Assembly (NCBI GenBank): GCA_001643675.2
Contig: LSRY02000006.1
Location: forward strand, 1,488,001 to 1,552,000
Length of the DNA: 64,000 nt
Reading direction: 5' to 3'
From: Monocercomonoides exilis PA203
Lineage: Eukaryota > Protista > Preaxostyla
This document shows positions 62,374 to 64,000 of the stretch, piece by piece (within the stretch, counting starts at the first letter, position 1; each line of letters starts with the position of its first letter). The notes under the pieces were generated by a model that was given only the letters and a program-made list of their open reading frames with translations, made no database searches and had not been told where the DNA came from. The position numbers were made by a program, and so were the translations under genes.

Positions 62374-64000
62374 AATCACCCTTTGCATTCTCATTCAGGG
62401 TTGAAACTGAACCAAGCAAGGCTGATGAAAAATGCAAAAAAAATTATTCACATATCTGTCCAGCTTTAAAAGTGATTTTCGAAGAGGAAGAAATAGCACA
62501 GAGAAATATATTCAGAAAAATAATTGAATGGAATGTTCACCAAGCAAATTAGGCAATGCTAAAAAGAAAAACAGATGATAAAAAAGATGTATTCATAATT
62601 GTTGTGAGCTTTTTTAGTGAAAAAAGTGAAATTTTTCTTATTTCTTTTTAATTTTTTTTGATTCTAACTTTGCAATTTTTAAAAATAACTTTGATCAATC
62701 TATTTAAATAACTTCTTTGAAGTATTATTTATTTCCAAGCAAATATCAACGACAAATTGTTGTATGTCTGATAAATATCTTGTTATGCTATCACATTTTC
62801 TATATGTGTTAATGTGAATTGTTTCATTTCAACAAAAGTTTTAAGATCTTCAATATTTATATATAAATTTCTTTCCAATAACATCATAAAACTTATTATA
62901 ATATAAAAAATTATTGATTTCATATAGTTATTATTGTTATCATGTTGTATTAACGATTAGGCAAGTATCTTGTTCTTTTTATTGAATTCTTTATATTTTT
63001 GAATAATTTTTTATGTTTTTTTCAAAATATGAAATAAAAACAATTTGAAATGAATTAAAATCAAAAAATAAGCAATAACAACTATATACAAAGCAATATT
63101 TTTGCATGATCATCATTTTTATTTTTCTTTTTTAAGCAACCCTTAATGAAAATTTTTTATGATCAAACGTCGGAATTTTTTATGATATCAAAAAAAATCA
63201 CCCATTTAGAAAATAGTCACTTATATGAGAGATAATTGTAGAAGAAATATTTGCATGCAAAATAATAATTACTATATTTATATATATGGGGGAAAATACA
63301 GACTTTCAAGCTTTTGATGCACAAAGCATGAAAAAATAGTTACGCTCATAACTTCATTTCGCTTTCTCAGATTTCAAAATATATTTGATTATCATATTTG
63401 CAAACATGTTTCGTTGAAATCAAAACATAAAGTTTTCCAACATTTCACGATTGTCAAAAAATTGAACCATTTTTATAATATTATTTGGTATTTAATAGTC
63501 AATGAAAAGTGCATAACTTTTTTTTGAAAATGCCTGAAGTGAAATATTTTACCCCATATGGAGTGTGAATTTATGTTATTCTGATTATTGAGTCGAAAAT
63601 GTGAAATATTCAAATAGAAAATAATTTCATATTTTGATCATATTTAAGATCATTCTCTCGAAATTTCACAATAATGGAAACAATAATTTGATGATACAAT
63701 CATAAGATTTCTCGAGAAGTTATGCAAGCAGGTGCATACCTTTGATCAAGATCTTAAATCTTAATTAAATTTGAAAATTTAACATTCGCGATATTTCAAA
63801 AAGAATGACCTATAATATGAAGATGATAAAACAAAAACAACCAAGTTTAAATCCACATGATAATTATGCATTAACAATGGTTGAAATATCTTAACGAATA
63901 TTTGGTTTTCAATTAACGAAGAAACTTTTCTTTTATTATCAAGTTTTCAAGGTTTAATAATGTAATCACGATGAGCAACATATGAATCTTTAAAGAAAAG

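Overview
AT-rich, intron-containing eukaryotic (flagellated protist) DNA in the standard genetic code. The short GT-AG introns and poly-Ser / Glu-Lys-Arg low-complexity proteins resemble an oxymonad such as Monocercomonoides (inference, not verified). Positions 1-41.7 kb are a compact block of host genes: CK2 alpha, EFHC1/Rib72, NAE1/APPBP1, a CH-like coiled-coil protein, an exosome RNase PH subunit, RSPH3, a TFxP-repeat protein, an SRRM1-like PWI protein, Pho88/SND3, two giant low-complexity proteins and a papain-family protease. From 42 kb to 64 kb the sequence is mostly degraded and low-complexity, but contains an ~8.5 kb DNA transposon (47671-56147) with 469-bp apparently identical terminal inverted repeats. 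The element carries two head-to-head paralogous genes, each a transposase-type N-terminal region fused to a USP/C19 deubiquitinase-like domain. In the right-hand gene the same frame continues past a single TAA into a Sola-like DDD transposase core. A compact, wobble-supported multi-stem RNA structure with a cUUCGg loop and a possible pseudoknot follows the transposase stop. A degenerate third TIR copy lies between the two genes. All calls were made by eye; no database searches were run.
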